From: an uncultured Gammaproteobacteria bacterium
Lineage (GTDB): Bacteria > Pseudomonadota > Gammaproteobacteria > Steroidobacterales > Woeseiaceae
NCBI GenBank assembly: GCA_963698415.1
Contig: CAVOQS010000008.1
Location: forward strand, 197,512 to 261,511
Direction of reading: 5' to 3'
Length of the DNA stretch: 64,000 bases
Position 1 is the first letter of the stretch. Every line of letters starts with the position of its first letter. Below the pieces are notes generated by a model, which was not told the origin of the DNA, made no database searches, and saw nothing but the letters and a program-made list of their open reading frames with translations. Shown in pieces: positions 42,089 through 52,495 of the stretch. The translations under genes were made by a program, and so were the position numbers.

Positions 42089-44325
42089 CTATTCCCGCAG
42101 CGTCAGTACCTTGAGTTCCGGGTCCGCCAGGATTTCTTCTTCTGTAAACGGGAACTCAATCAACTCACCCCGGGCATACAGTCTGGTCTGATCCGCATAG
42201 TGCGGCGAGTCCGGTTCCGGCGACTGCGAATAGGTCAGCAGCCCACGCGCGTCCAGGTTGCCGTCCTCATCCCAGCCGATAACCTGGATGTAACTGTTGC
42301 CGTGCATGATGGGCGTGTAGCCCTTGCCTTCGGTGAACTGGGTAACGATGTAGCTGAACGATCCGTGGTCCCCAACTGCGCCGGGAACGCCGATACGCTC
42401 GCCATTGCGCTCGGCGAACTGCACGTCACCCCAGCGCGCATCCAGTGCGATGCCGGCATCCGTCAGCTTCTTCTGGGCTGTAGCCAGGGCGCTGAGCATC
42501 GCCTGCCGAACCTCGAGATTGTCGAGTGCGAGGCCGCGAGGCGTGTTTACCGGATAGGCCACATCGAATGGCACGGCGTACAGGTTTGGCAGGCTTTGCA
42601 CCTGCTCCCAGAACTCGGTCCAGACGTGTGTTCCCCGGCTGTCGACATTTGACGTCCGGTCCCACTTTGCCAGCACTTCGCAACTGGCGGCTATCTCGTC
42701 AGCGGGCTGTTCGCAAAGCGTCAGGACCCCTTCGAGAAAGAGTTCCGCGCTAAAGTGCCGATGGCTGAGGAGAATCTGCCGCAAATCGTCAGGTTCGAGT
42801 TTGGCACCGTCCGCGAGTGCTTCGTCGACATACGTCAAGCCGGCACGAGTACGCAGACTTCGTACCGTTCTTTCATCGCCGATAACGGGCGAGTACCCTT
42901 CGAGCCGCCGGTCCGGATTCGACAGCCAGTAGCTGTCATTCGAATTCGTAAAATAGTCGGTGGACGTGGCCCTCGGCATTTTCTCCGGCGGCAGATTTCC
43001 GGGAACAGGGCTGCCCGGTGTCACCTTCCAGTCACAGCCGGGGTCCGAGCCATCCAGGATGACAACCGGCCGGGCATGCCTTCCACTGCCTTGCGACATT
43101 TGCTGATCGTCTCGACGTCGAGATTCGGCGTGGCGGACAGGTCGCCATAGAACGCGTTGCCGTGACGATCAGCGGCAATCGTATTGACAAAGAAAGTCCC
43201 CTGGTGACTGATTGCGGCTTCCACGTCGGCAACCGATTGCGCGGTCTGCAGGGCGAAATAGGTTGGTACCGTCGCGTTGTTATTGACAATAGCGTCGCGG
43301 ATTGCGAACGCCTTTTCTCCGGTCCAGGCGAGCCCTTCACTGGCGATGACCGGACCAAAGTGCGTCATGTAGATGCTGTGTTCTCGCGGCGCCGAATCTT
43401 CACCGGCGCCCGGCACCAGCACGGCCATCTCTTCGATGTCGCGGAACTCATCGCCGTATCGGTATTGCATCGGATTTTCCGGGTTGAGTTCAAGCTCAAA
43501 CAGCGTGAAGCGCGCTGCCGTCGACACCGTGTGGGTCCAGGCAATATCGCGATTGAAACCAATGCCGATGAAGTTGCCGGCTATGAGTCTCGCGCCCATG
43601 ACATCGACGACGCCGGGAATTGTTACGTGAACGATGTGGAATCTGGATGGGCCGTGCCACGGGTAGTGCGGGTTGCCAAGCAGCAAGCCGCGCCCCGAGG
43701 CGGTCAGGCTGCTGCCGACAGCTATTGCGTTACTGCCGATGCCTTGTACCGGCCCCGCATCGAATGCCACCTGCAGAAGGGCTTCACCTGGCGGCGCTGC
43801 CGCTGCCATCTCTTCCTTGAAGAAACCGAGGCCATAACGAATGCCGAAAGCAACCATCATTCGGTCGAGGTCACCGTCCTCGAGCGGTCGCGCCCAAGCC
43901 TGGCCATTGCAGGAAGCGGGCATCTTGCCGGCGTAGTCCTGCAAGTACCGGTTGTATCCAGCCCTGAACCCTTCGTTGTATTCGGCCGCCTCGGCCGGGA
44001 CCGCAGCACGATGATGCGCGAGCCTCTCGTCAGTCAGGATGCTGCGATGAAATACATCGCTCGCAAAGTGCTCGTCGGATGGCCCGAAGTCCGCCGACAG
44101 TGTCCCCTTGGCTGTGGCCAGTTCCTTTGCGAAGACACAAACACCGTCGACCGCGGTTGCATAGGCGAATCCGTAGCCGAGGCTCCCCCAGTCATCCGCG
44201 AGGACATGGGGTATGCCATAGCTCGTCCACCGGATATCGGCGGAGTATTGGTGCTCCGGCTGTCTTTCTGTGCAGGAGGTAAGCAGGGGAATCGCCAGCA
44301 ACGTGGCGATGAGACGACAATTCAT
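42089..44325 (-). pseudogene. Penicillin/AHL-acylase family Ntn hydrolase, split by a frameshift near 43066-43074
   Basis: Lipoprotein N-terminal part (ORF 43021-44364, with nucleophile motif GSNAIAVG) and C-terminal part (ORF 42089-43099, VVILDGSDPGCDW ... NSNDSYWLSNP) overlap in different frames. Together about 745 aa, a normal family length. Confidence 0.8.
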
Positions 44326-44370
44326 AATCACTCCGGATATTCGTGTTTCAGGATGTTGAAGCAAACGGTC

Positions 44371-44902
44371 TTACGTTCCCCAGGTTCCGTGCTTTTCTCG
44401 TCGCGTGCCAAAACGAGACTCGATGCTCTCGATAAATTCTTCTTGTGCGCCAGAAGCCTGGCCATCGGCTGAAGCGACCTTGCGCATCATTTCGATCAGA
44501 GACTTTACCTGGTCCGGAGAAAACCGGTCGCCATTGCGGTCGGCGAGCTTTTCAAGTTGCGTGCTGACCAGTTGCGGCGCGGCCAACAAGTGCGCGGCAG
44601 AGCCAAATAGCCCCGATGCCTCACTGGGCTCGATCGAGAAATTCGTTGCGAACTGTTCCAGAGCAGTCTCCTTCTGGCCAGACGTGATATCGCCATCGAG
44701 CTTTGCCGTTCCAATGACGAGCAGAGCAGCGATGTGAACGGGGTCCTCGATTGAGTAGACCGGGTCGGCGCCGAACTTCTTGGCAAATGCGTGCCGGCGA
44801 TACCAGTAGAACGGGTTCAGTCCGCCAATATCTACGCCCAAGTCGGTCGAGCAAGTAGAAAATCGTAACCAGACCTCCCAGCAGCCCAATAATCACGTGC
44901 AT
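44371..44902 (-). pseudogene. TerB-family (tellurite-resistance-like) membrane protein, frameshifted near 44836-44840
   Basis: ATG 44902 encodes the family-typical TM start MHVIIGLLGGLVTIFYLLDRLG. The continuation VDIGGLNPFYWYRRHAFAKKFG... lies in the +1 frame (ORF 44371-44889). Confidence 0.65.
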
Positions 44903-44914
44903 GCGTTGCGTCTC

Positions 44915-45686
44915 CTAGTTCCTTATGCGAAATCCCTTGAGCAGGCTGCGCATCCAGGGTTGACGGATGACAGGCATCGCAAATCGATACAAGCGCCCGG
45001 ACGTGTACACGGCCTTGCCTTTCTCGAGTGCTGCGAGACCTTCACGAACCACGACGTCTGCGTCGTACCAGATGAAGCGGGGCAGGCCGGCTTTCATGGT
45101 ACTCAGGCGCCTCGGATTGATGAAAATCGGTGTGTGTGAAGCCGGGGCAAAGCGCGAGTACGTGCACACCGTCTTCTCTTACGGTTGCTGACAGCGCCCG
45201 CGACAGGGCAATCAGGTAGGTCTTGGTTGGGCCGTAATTCATATCGCCGGGTACTGTAATTTGCCCGGCGATCGAAGCGACATTGAGAACCCGCCCGAAC
45301 CCACGTTCCTGCATTGCCGGGACAAAGAAATGACACAAGGCCGCGTACGACGTCATCATGAGATCGAGGTGCGCTTTTTGAACCTGCCAGTCGCGCGTCG
45401 TGAGAAGATCGGGTCCGGCTGATCCGGCATTGTTGATAAGAGTGTCGATCTCGAAACCGCGAGCGACGGTCTCGTCGTAAAGCGCCTGCGGCGCGTCTGC
45501 GTCGGATAAATCCGCGGTAATGATGTCCACTTCCACCCCGAACTCGTCATTGAGATTGGTCGCGAGTTTCTCCATCGGTTCGGCCCGGCGTGCGACCAGC
45601 ACGAGGTCTTTTCCACCGGCTGCCAGTTGGCGCGCGAATTCGCTGCCGAGACCTGCCGATGCGCCTGTAATAAGTGCTCTGCCCAT
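44915..45686 (-). pseudogene. SDR-family oxidoreductase, frameshifted near 45095-45125
   Basis: MGRALITGASAGLG ... NNAG ... YGPTK core is in ORF 45042-45752. The C-terminal segment MKAGLPRFIWYDADVVVREGLAALEKGK... is in another frame (ORF 44915-45169). Confidence 0.75.
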
Positions 45687-45714
45687 AATGGGCAGCACTA
45701 TCGCACAATTTCGC

Positions 45715-45743
45715 TTGTTTTTTGGCCGCTGGGCGGCTAATTT
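45715..45743 (+). promoter_or_regulatory. Putative sigma70 promoter of the ileS leader
   Basis: TTGTTT (45715-20), 17-nt spacer, TAATTT (45738-43). It ends about 10 nt before the base of T-box Stem I. Confidence 0.35.
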
Positions 45744-45752
45744 GCCCCGCAA

Positions 45753-46047
45753 GACGCTGATGGGGACGAGTACGCAGCCTGATCAGGCCACAGCGACCGG
45801 AGGATGGTGAGAGCTCCGGGCCCGAAACTGCCGAATATCACCCCGGAGTCGCCAACCGAAAAGCTCAGCTGAGTAAGCCTGGCCGACTGATCCACGATAC
45901 GGATGTCGGGTCGCAAGACCCTTGAGGCGGCCGTTGCCGCGAAGCCGGGTGGTACCGCGATGAATCCTTCGCCCCGGGAATCAGGTACCGGACACCATAT
46001 TTCTTGTTGAATTATGGTGTCCGGTACCTGATTCCCGGGGCGGTTTT
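45753..46047 (+). promoter_or_regulatory. T-box riboswitch leader, AUC (Ile) specifier
   Basis: Stem I spans 45753-45850: K-turn GAC-GCU-GA-UGGGG / CCCCG-GA-GUC, S-turn AGUA / GAA, codon AUC 45837-39 followed by A, AG bulge AGCGA 45792-96, distal loop GGUGAGAG 45806-13. T-box core GGGUGGUACCGCG is at 45947-59. The antiterminator (CCGGG/CCCGG and GCG/CGC around bulge UGGUACC) competes with a 29-31-bp terminator hairpin (45969-46043) followed by UUUUGU. ileS lies downstream. Confidence 0.8.
45984..46028. repeat. REP-like palindrome, family A copy 3 (inside the T-box terminator stem)
   Basis: GGTACCGGACACC at 45984-45996 and its reverse complement at 46016-46028 match the core of copies 1 and 2. 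The outer stem GCCCCGGGAATCA/TGATTCCCGGGGC is locus-specific. Confidence 0.7.
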
Positions 46048-46049
46048 GT

Positions 46050-49000
46050 ATGCAGGAGCTTGAATTGAAATTTAAGGAAGTAACCGGTCGTTACGATGGA
46101 CCAGCCCTCGAGGAAGAGGTGCTGGAATTCTGGCGTGAGCACGATGTCTTCGAGCAGACGCTCGAGCAGACGAAGGGCGGCCCGCAATTCAGTTTCAATG
46201 AGGGCCCGCCGACGGCGAACGGCAAGCCCGGTATCCACCATGTACTGGCACGTTCATTCAAGGACATCTTCCCGCGCTACAAGACCATGCGTGGCTACCA
46301 TGTGCCGCGCAAGGCGGGCTGGGATACACACGGTCTTCCCGTCGAGCACGAAGTCGAAAAACTCCTGAAGAAAGAGGGCAGGATCGAGAGCTACGACAAG
46401 GCGGAAATCGAAGCGAAAGTCGGCATCGCTGAGTTCACGCGACTGTGCCGCGAGTCGGTCATGACCTACGTGGGCGACTGGGAGAAGATGACCGAGCGCA
46501 TGGGCTTCTGGGTTAATCTCGACGAGGCCTACTACACGCTCAACAACACCTATATCGAGTCGGTCTGGAACCTGCTGCAGAGGATCTGGGACGAGGACCT
46601 CATCTACAAGGGTTACAAGGTTGTCCCCTACGATCCACGCATCGGCGCAACCCTGTCTTCGCACGAACTTGCGCTTGGCTACAAGGAAGTCGAAGACCCG
46701 TCGATCACTGTCCGCTTCAAGCTCGCCGACGCCGACGACACTTACTTCCTGGTCTGGACCACGACGCCGTGGACGTTGCCGTCCAACCTCGCACTCGCTG
46801 TTGGCGATGACATCGACTACAGCTACTGCGAATCTGACGGTCAGACACTAATCGTCGCTGAAGCTCTGCGCGCGTCCGTGTTCCGCGATATCGAACACGA
46901 AGTCGTGAAGACCGTGAAAGGCAGAACGCTTGTCGGTATGCGCTACGAGCAGCTGTTCGACTACATCGAGGTGGACGCCGGCAATGCATTCACCGTGATG
47001 TCGGCAGACTTCGTCAGTACCGAAGACGGTACCGGCATCGTGCACACGGCGCCCGGCCTACGGCGTGGACGATCTCGCACTTGGTCAGGCGAACGACCTG
47101 CCAGTCGTGCATGGCGTCGGTCTTGACGGCAACTTCATCGACGATGTCGAGCCCGTCAAAGGACTGTTCTTCAAAGATGCGGACAAGCCGCTGATCCGTA
47201 TCCTCAAGGATCGCGGCATGATGTTCCGTTCGGAGCGCTTCAAGCATAACTACCCGTTCGGCTGGCGCACCGGCGACCCGATTCTCTATTACGCAAAGAA
47301 CGCGTGGTACATCCGCACGTCGAAATTCCGCGAACGCATGGCAGAGTTGAACCAGACGATCAACTGGGTTCCGGATCACATCAAGGATGGTCGCTTCGGC
47401 AACTGGCTCGAGAATAACGTCGACTGGGCATTGTCGCGCGAGCGCTTCTGGGGCACACCACTGCCTGTCTGGACGGACGGCGAGGACGGATTCAAGTGCA
47501 TCGGGTCAGTCGCGGAACTGGAAGGGCTGACGGGCAGGGAGCTCAGCGAGCTGGACCTGCATCGCCCCGCGGTTGACGACGTGACCTTTGAACTCGATGG
47601 CAAAACCTGGCGTCGCGTACCGGAGGTCATCGACTGCTGGTTCGATTCGGGCGCGATGTCTTATGCGCAATGGCACTACCCATTCGAAAACAAGGATAAG
47701 TTCGAGGCGCATTTCCCGGCAGACTTCATTTGCGAAGCGATCGACCAGACGCGAGGTTGGTTCTACACGCTGCACGCAATCTCGACACTCGTCTCGGACA
47801 GCGTGGCCTTCAAAAACTGTATCTGCCTGAACCTTATCGTCGACAAAGACGGCAAGAAGATGTCGAAGTCGGTGGGCAACATCATCAACCCGTACGATGT
47901 GTTCGACACGGTCGGTGCCGACGCGCTGCGCTGGTATTTCCTGGCGCGCCTCGCGCCGGATGCGCCGAAGCGCGTGTCTGTCGACATCGTTGCCGACGTG
48001 GCCAGCTCATTCATCAATACGTTCTGGAACACGTACGGCTTCTTCGTGTTGTATGCGCGTCTCGACGAAATCGACCTGACAAAAGACATTCCGGTCGCAG
48101 ACCGTCCGGAGATCGACCGCTGGGCACTGGCGCTGTTGCACAAGACCATCACCACGGTCACCGAGTCGCTGGATCACTACGACGCAAAGACCGCTGGCGA
48201 GGCCATCGAGTCGTTCGTCGATCAACTGAGTAACTGGTACGTGCGCCGCAACCGTCGCCGCTTCTGGAAGTCGACGGATCCACGGGACAAGCAGGCAGCG
48301 TACCTGACGCTATACGAGTGTCTGAAGGGCGTGCACGAGCTGATGGCGCCGTTCGTGCCATTCCTCGCCGAGAAGGTCTACCAGAACCTGGTTCGCTCAG
48401 TGGACCCGGATGCCTTGCCATCCGTGCACATGGGGAACTGGCCCGAGGCCGACGCCTCCTGGCAGAACGACAATCTGCTCCACGACATCGACGTCGTGCA
48501 GAAAGTCGTTGGCCTGGGTCGCGCGGCTCGCAGTCATTCCGGCGTGCGCACGAGGCAGCCGATTTCGCGCCTCCTGGTGCGCGCGCCCAACGACGCCGCC
48601 GCCAGGGCACTCGAGAGCCACAAGGACCAGATTCTCGAAGAGCTCAACGTCAAAGCGATCGAGTTCATCGCACGCGACGCCGGGCTGGTTAGTTACAACA
48701 TCAAGCCGAACCTGCCCAAGCTCGGCAAGCAGTACGGCAAGCTGATGCCGAAGATTCGGCAGGCACTCGTGGATGCCGATGGCGCCGCGATTGCGAGTGC
48801 CGCGGCCAATGGCGAAGCGTTCGAGATCGAAGTGGCCGGGCAGACAATTCCGCTCGAAGGCGACGATATCCTGATCGAAACGCATTCGGCAGAAGGCTAC
48901 TCCTGCGAGGCGGATTCCGGCTACCTCGCCGCATTGGATACCACGCTCAACGATGAACTCATCGCAGAGGGGCTCGCTCGCGAGATCGTGCGTTCCGTCC

Positions 49001-49215
49001 AGGACGCCCGCAAGCAGGCGGGCCTGGAGGTTTCGGATCGAATCACCCTGGGTGTATCGGGGTCCGAGGCGGTCGAGAATGCGCTCGAAGTGCATCGCGA
49101 CTACGTGATGAACGAGACACTCGCGACGACATGGAAGATCGGCCACCCGAACGCGAGGTTCAGCGCCGACCGGGATCTCGGCGACGATCACTGGAAGATC
49201 GAAATAAGCTTGTGA
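46050..49215 (+). pseudogene. ileS: Isoleucine--tRNA ligase, type 2, interrupted by a 1-nt insertion at about 47055-47056
   Basis: ORFs 46050-47126 and 47065-49215 together are collinear with Thermus-type IleS as recalled (PPTANGKPGIHH, KMSKS). The junction reads HTAP|AYGVDDLA only if one G of GCGCCCGGCCTAC is skipped. An alternative start is TTG 46065, 6 nt after AGGAG. Confidence 0.9.
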
Positions 49216-49216
49216 T

Positions 49217-50836
49217 CTAGAAGCTCTGTCGCGACTCGACCAGAAATTGCACGCTGTCGATCGACGGGTCGCCATTGAGCGGAAAGGCCACGTCGATGTG
49301 GACGACCTTGCTTGACGCGCTGCGCGTGAACGCGAGGCGCAGCCCAAGGCCTGCGTCCGCCAACCAGTCCAGGCGTTCTTCACCGACCGGGCTCTCGCCC
49401 CAGACGCGGCCTGCGTCGACAAACACGGCGCCGCCGACACGGAAAAGTCGAAACGGGTACCAGTCCGTGTAGTAGCGCTGCTCCAGCGTCGTTACGAAAC
49501 TGGATTCGCCGTTCTGGTAGCGCAGCGGAAAACCGCGCAAGCCCGTGTCACCACCCAGCCGTACCAAATTGTCGAGATCCAGCTCAAGGCCTGCGGTCGC
49601 CCGCATGGAGGCAAAGAACAGGCGCTTTTCTGACTGCTTGCGGTAGTAACGCGCAAAGACCTGCGCCAGCGAGTTCGCAGCATTGCCGGATTCGATCCGC
49701 CCGTTGACGGCAATGCCGAACTGCAGCGCGTTGCCAGACATGCTGCCAAAGCCCTGGCTGATCGACCCGAAGTAGATCAGGGCGTCGCGGTCCGCACCGA
49801 GCGACGTATCCGACCAGCCAAGCGAGGCAACCAGGTGCCTGCCCATCAGGAAATCCTCGGTCTCACTTATCTGTTCACGGTTCGTTGCTGTTTCGAAGTG
49901 GTCCTCGATTTGCTCGAAGCCGAGAAACGGGTAAACCAGCTTGCGGTCCGAGGGAATAGCGGGCGGCAAGCTCCCGTTCGGCACCGCCGAGAACGCATTG
50001 TCGTCGTACACAAAGCCGGCCGTCCAACGGTTGGCTCGCCCTTTGCGCAACCCCCTGGACCAACCGAAGAAAGCGGAGTGGTACTGCCGCTCTTGCTGAT
50101 ACTCGGCAGCCGGGTTGCCAAGCTCGTAAAGCGTCTCGGCCCGATCGCTGTCCGAGAAACGCATGCCGGCGCTCCAGCGTGCGTCCAGCTGGTAGAAAGG
50201 CCGGACGGCTGACAGCAGGTGGGTATGCCCATCCGAATTCTCGGAGATGGACAGGGCTGCTGAAACCCAGCTGTGTCCAATGTGCTTGTCTGAGTATTCG
50301 AAGGTCTGTGATCGCCGATCGACATCCTTGTCGCTGACAAAGGCGATTCTCTGCCCGTTGCCGAGCAGGTTGGATTCAACCAGGCCAATGCGGGTCTTGT
50401 TCTCACCACCGGACCGCGACAGCGAGAACGCCGGCAGCAACGACCACGTGTCGCGCGTGGTCACCTCCAGATCGACAACGCCATTCTCGTAGCTGATCGG
50501 GACGATATCCGCATCGTAAAGGTAACGGTTATTGCGCAGGATGCGTTCTGACTCATCCGACAGCCGCTTCGAGTAGTCATCTCCGCTGGCTATCAGGAGT
50601 TGCTTGCGGATGATCTTGTCGCGCGTGACGAGGTGCACGCGGTTGGCGAATCGATATAGCCAGTTGTTTTCCTTGGGAATCGAGAGGTCAAATACGTTCT
50701 CGCGCTCGATGACAATCTTGCCAATGACCGCTCCGCTCGCTACGAGCGTCTCCTCATCCGGGATCGAGTCTGCCAGCCCGGGTGTCGCGGCGAGCAGTCC
50801 CGGAATGAGAATGAATGTCAGGCAGCGAAGCTGCAT
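49217..50836 (-). CDS. Omp85/BamA-TamA family outer-membrane protein (single POTRA-like region plus beta-barrel)
   Basis: Start chosen at MQLRCLTFILIPGLLAATPGLA (GGAGG upstream). Alternating beta-strand C-terminal barrel ends in an aromatic residue (...ESRQSF). Confidence 0.7.
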   Translation of the reverse strand: MQLRCLTFILIPGLLAATPGLADSIPDEETLVASGAVIGKIVIERENVFDLSIPKENNWLYRFANRVHLVTRDKIIRKQLLIASGDDYSKRLSDESERILRNNRYLYDADIVPISYENGVVDLEVTTRDTWSLLPAFSLSRSGGENKTRIGLVESNLLGNGQRIAFVSDKDVDRRSQTFEYSDKHIGHSWVSAALSISENSDGHTHLLSAVRPFYQLDARWSAGMRFSDSDRAETLYELGNPAAEYQQERQYHSAFFGWSRGLRKGRANRWTAGFVYDDNAFSAVPNGSLPPAIPSDRKLVYPFLGFEQIEDHFETATNREQISETEDFLMGRHLVASLGWSDTSLGADRDALIYFGSISQGFGSMSGNALQFGIAVNGRIESGNAANSLAQVFARYYRKQSEKRLFFASMRATAGLELDLDNLVRLGGDTGLRGFPLRYQNGESSFVTTLEQRYYTDWYPFRLFRVGGAVFVDAGRVWGESPVGEERLDWLADAGLGLRLAFTRSASSKVVHIDVAFPLNGDPSIDSVQFLVESRQSF

Positions 50837-51049
50837 CGAATCAACCTCCGGAACCCATTCTAGTCGGTAATGACCGACACTTGCGCGTACTTTGCCAACT
50901 CTGTTATAAAAACCCTGCGCAAGGTTCTGAATCATCAGAAGTACTTAAAGGACTTGCGAGGCTCTGCAGGGAGCCCCGGACTACAGGATGTAGTCAATTC
51001 TGAATAAGAAAAGCGTAGACAAAAAATAAAACCATACGCTGGAGTGGCA

Positions 51050-51385
51050 ATGACGGACCCCCTCGATCGCTTTCACGCGGCACTTACCGTGCTCGCTGGG
51101 CATGGCCATATAAAACAAAGACTTATAAAGGCCTACGAAGAGAACCTCGTCGAGATTCACGAGGACGAATTACCCATCACGATGAAGCAGTCATTTGCCG
51201 ACCTCAGGCGCGAGATGCACCGCGTCACACCGCTCAATGGTGAAGGCCCGATTTGCGCGTCGGTCAGGAAGATGTCGCTGGACGAGGCGAGCGAGTGCGC
51301 CGGCAGGATCGTTTCTTTTTATGGTCAGATTGCCGGATCTCGCGACGAGCTCCAGAGCAGCCTCGCCCTTGAACGACGGCGATGA
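51050..51385 (+). CDS. Hypothetical protein
   Basis: ATG 51050 is 5 nt after GGAG. About 111-aa helical ORF. No family recognised. Confidence 0.4.
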   Translation: MTDPLDRFHAALTVLAGHGHIKQRLIKAYEENLVEIHEDELPITMKQSFADLRREMHRVTPLNGEGPICASVRKMSLDEASECAGRIVSFYGQIAGSRDELQSSLALERRR

Positions 51386-51408
51386 GGTTCGCGTTCCGCC
51401 GTTTCTCG

Positions 51409-52422
51409 TCAAGTCTGTTTGATCGGGTAGTAAACGTAGGTCAGCAATTCAGCTTCCGGCGTGTTGCCGGGGTCGCTGACGTACGACTCCCAGGCTGCGC
51501 CATTGCGCTCGATTCCGAGTGCGGCCAGGTAGGCCGTAATTTTCCGGTGTGTCGCACTGAGATCGCGATACGAGCCCACGTGCCGAACCCGGATGACCGG
51601 TCCCCCATAGGTCTTGCCGATCTTCACGCTCGCCCCGTCGCGTGGCGTGGTCTCGGTCAGGCCCCGAACCGGAATTGCCGAGTCAAATACGAGCGCGGAA
51701 CCGCTGAAGGTGCGAGTGATTGACATCGGGGCCCCCGCATCCTGCAGGTCGTGCTCATCAATAAACGTCAGAATCTCGAAGTACGCGCGGCCCATGGCTT
51801 CCGAGATCGCCGCCGGCTCGGGCCGTGACGTGGTTGGCAAGTAGGCGATATCAATCGGCTCGACCACCAGGTGTTCGATTTCTATATCGCTGAAGTCCGC
51901 GCTCGGCAGGCTCTCGGCCAGTTCCTTCAGGCTGGTGAGACCCAGCGTGTAGTCACGTGCGACGACGCTGCCGAGCATCGATGCGAAGTAACGCCCGACA
52001 ATATTCAAGCCGTAATCGACTTCGAAGCCCCAGTGCACGATCGTCGTACCGACGCCGGGCGTGAGACGGAACCAGGAGCGAGCCTCGCCGGCCTCGCCGG
52101 GGTTCATGGTGATGCCGACGTACTCAAACGGCCGGCTTTCCGTGATGGCTTGCGCGCCGCTGCCAATAATGGCGCCGTCCCAGGTCATGGTCGCGCCGAC
52201 CCCGCGGTTATTGCCGGAGTAGATAAAGCGCGCATTCGGATCCGTATCGGCCCATGGCGCCCACAGTGAGAATCGCCTGAAATCGTTGACGAGTGCGAAC
52301 ACGGTGGCGGGCTGTGCGTCGATTTCTGCGGATACCTCGAAGCTGTGTGTGCGCGGCATCGCAAAGCCGACGGCGATTATCATGGCAAGTACAGCCATGA
52401 CCCAATACAACACTTTTTGCAC
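51409..52422 (-). CDS. SRPBCC (START/polyketide-cyclase-like) plus GyrI-like effector-binding domain protein
   Basis: Start chosen at GTG 52422 (VQKVLYWVMAVLAMIIAVGF membrane anchor), because longer starts run into divergent murI. Domain calls are from sequence pattern only. Confidence 0.6.
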   Translation of the reverse strand: MQKVLYWVMAVLAMIIAVGFAMPRTHSFEVSAEIDAQPATVFALVNDFRRFSLWAPWADTDPNARFIYSGNNRGVGATMTWDGAIIGSGAQAITESRPFEYVGITMNPGEAGEARSWFRLTPGVGTTIVHWGFEVDYGLNIVGRYFASMLGSVVARDYTLGLTSLKELAESLPSADFSDIEIEHLVVEPIDIAYLPTTSRPEPAAISEAMGRAYFEILTFIDEHDLQDAGAPMSITRTFSGSALVFDSAIPVRGLTETTPRDGASVKIGKTYGGPVIRVRHVGSYRDLSATHRKITAYLAALGIERNGAAWESYVSDPGNTPEAELLTYVYYPIKQT

Positions 52423-52495
52423 TTCGCAATCCTGCTGGTCTGTTGATCCGGGCTGAATTATTCCACAGTTGCCGCTACTTCGGCACAATGCGTCA

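Noticed and set aside
43162-44472. 436-aa ORF on the plus strand, plus 42014-42652
   Set aside because: Both are antisense to the penicillin-acylase-family gene, whose two halves carry clear family motifs.
47040-47070. Programmed +1 frameshift in ileS
   Set aside because: There is no slippery or hungry-codon context like prfB (CUU UGA C), no upstream SD-like stimulator, and no in-frame stop at the shift site. Three neighbouring genes carry unrelated indels, so mutation or sequencing error is more parsimonious.
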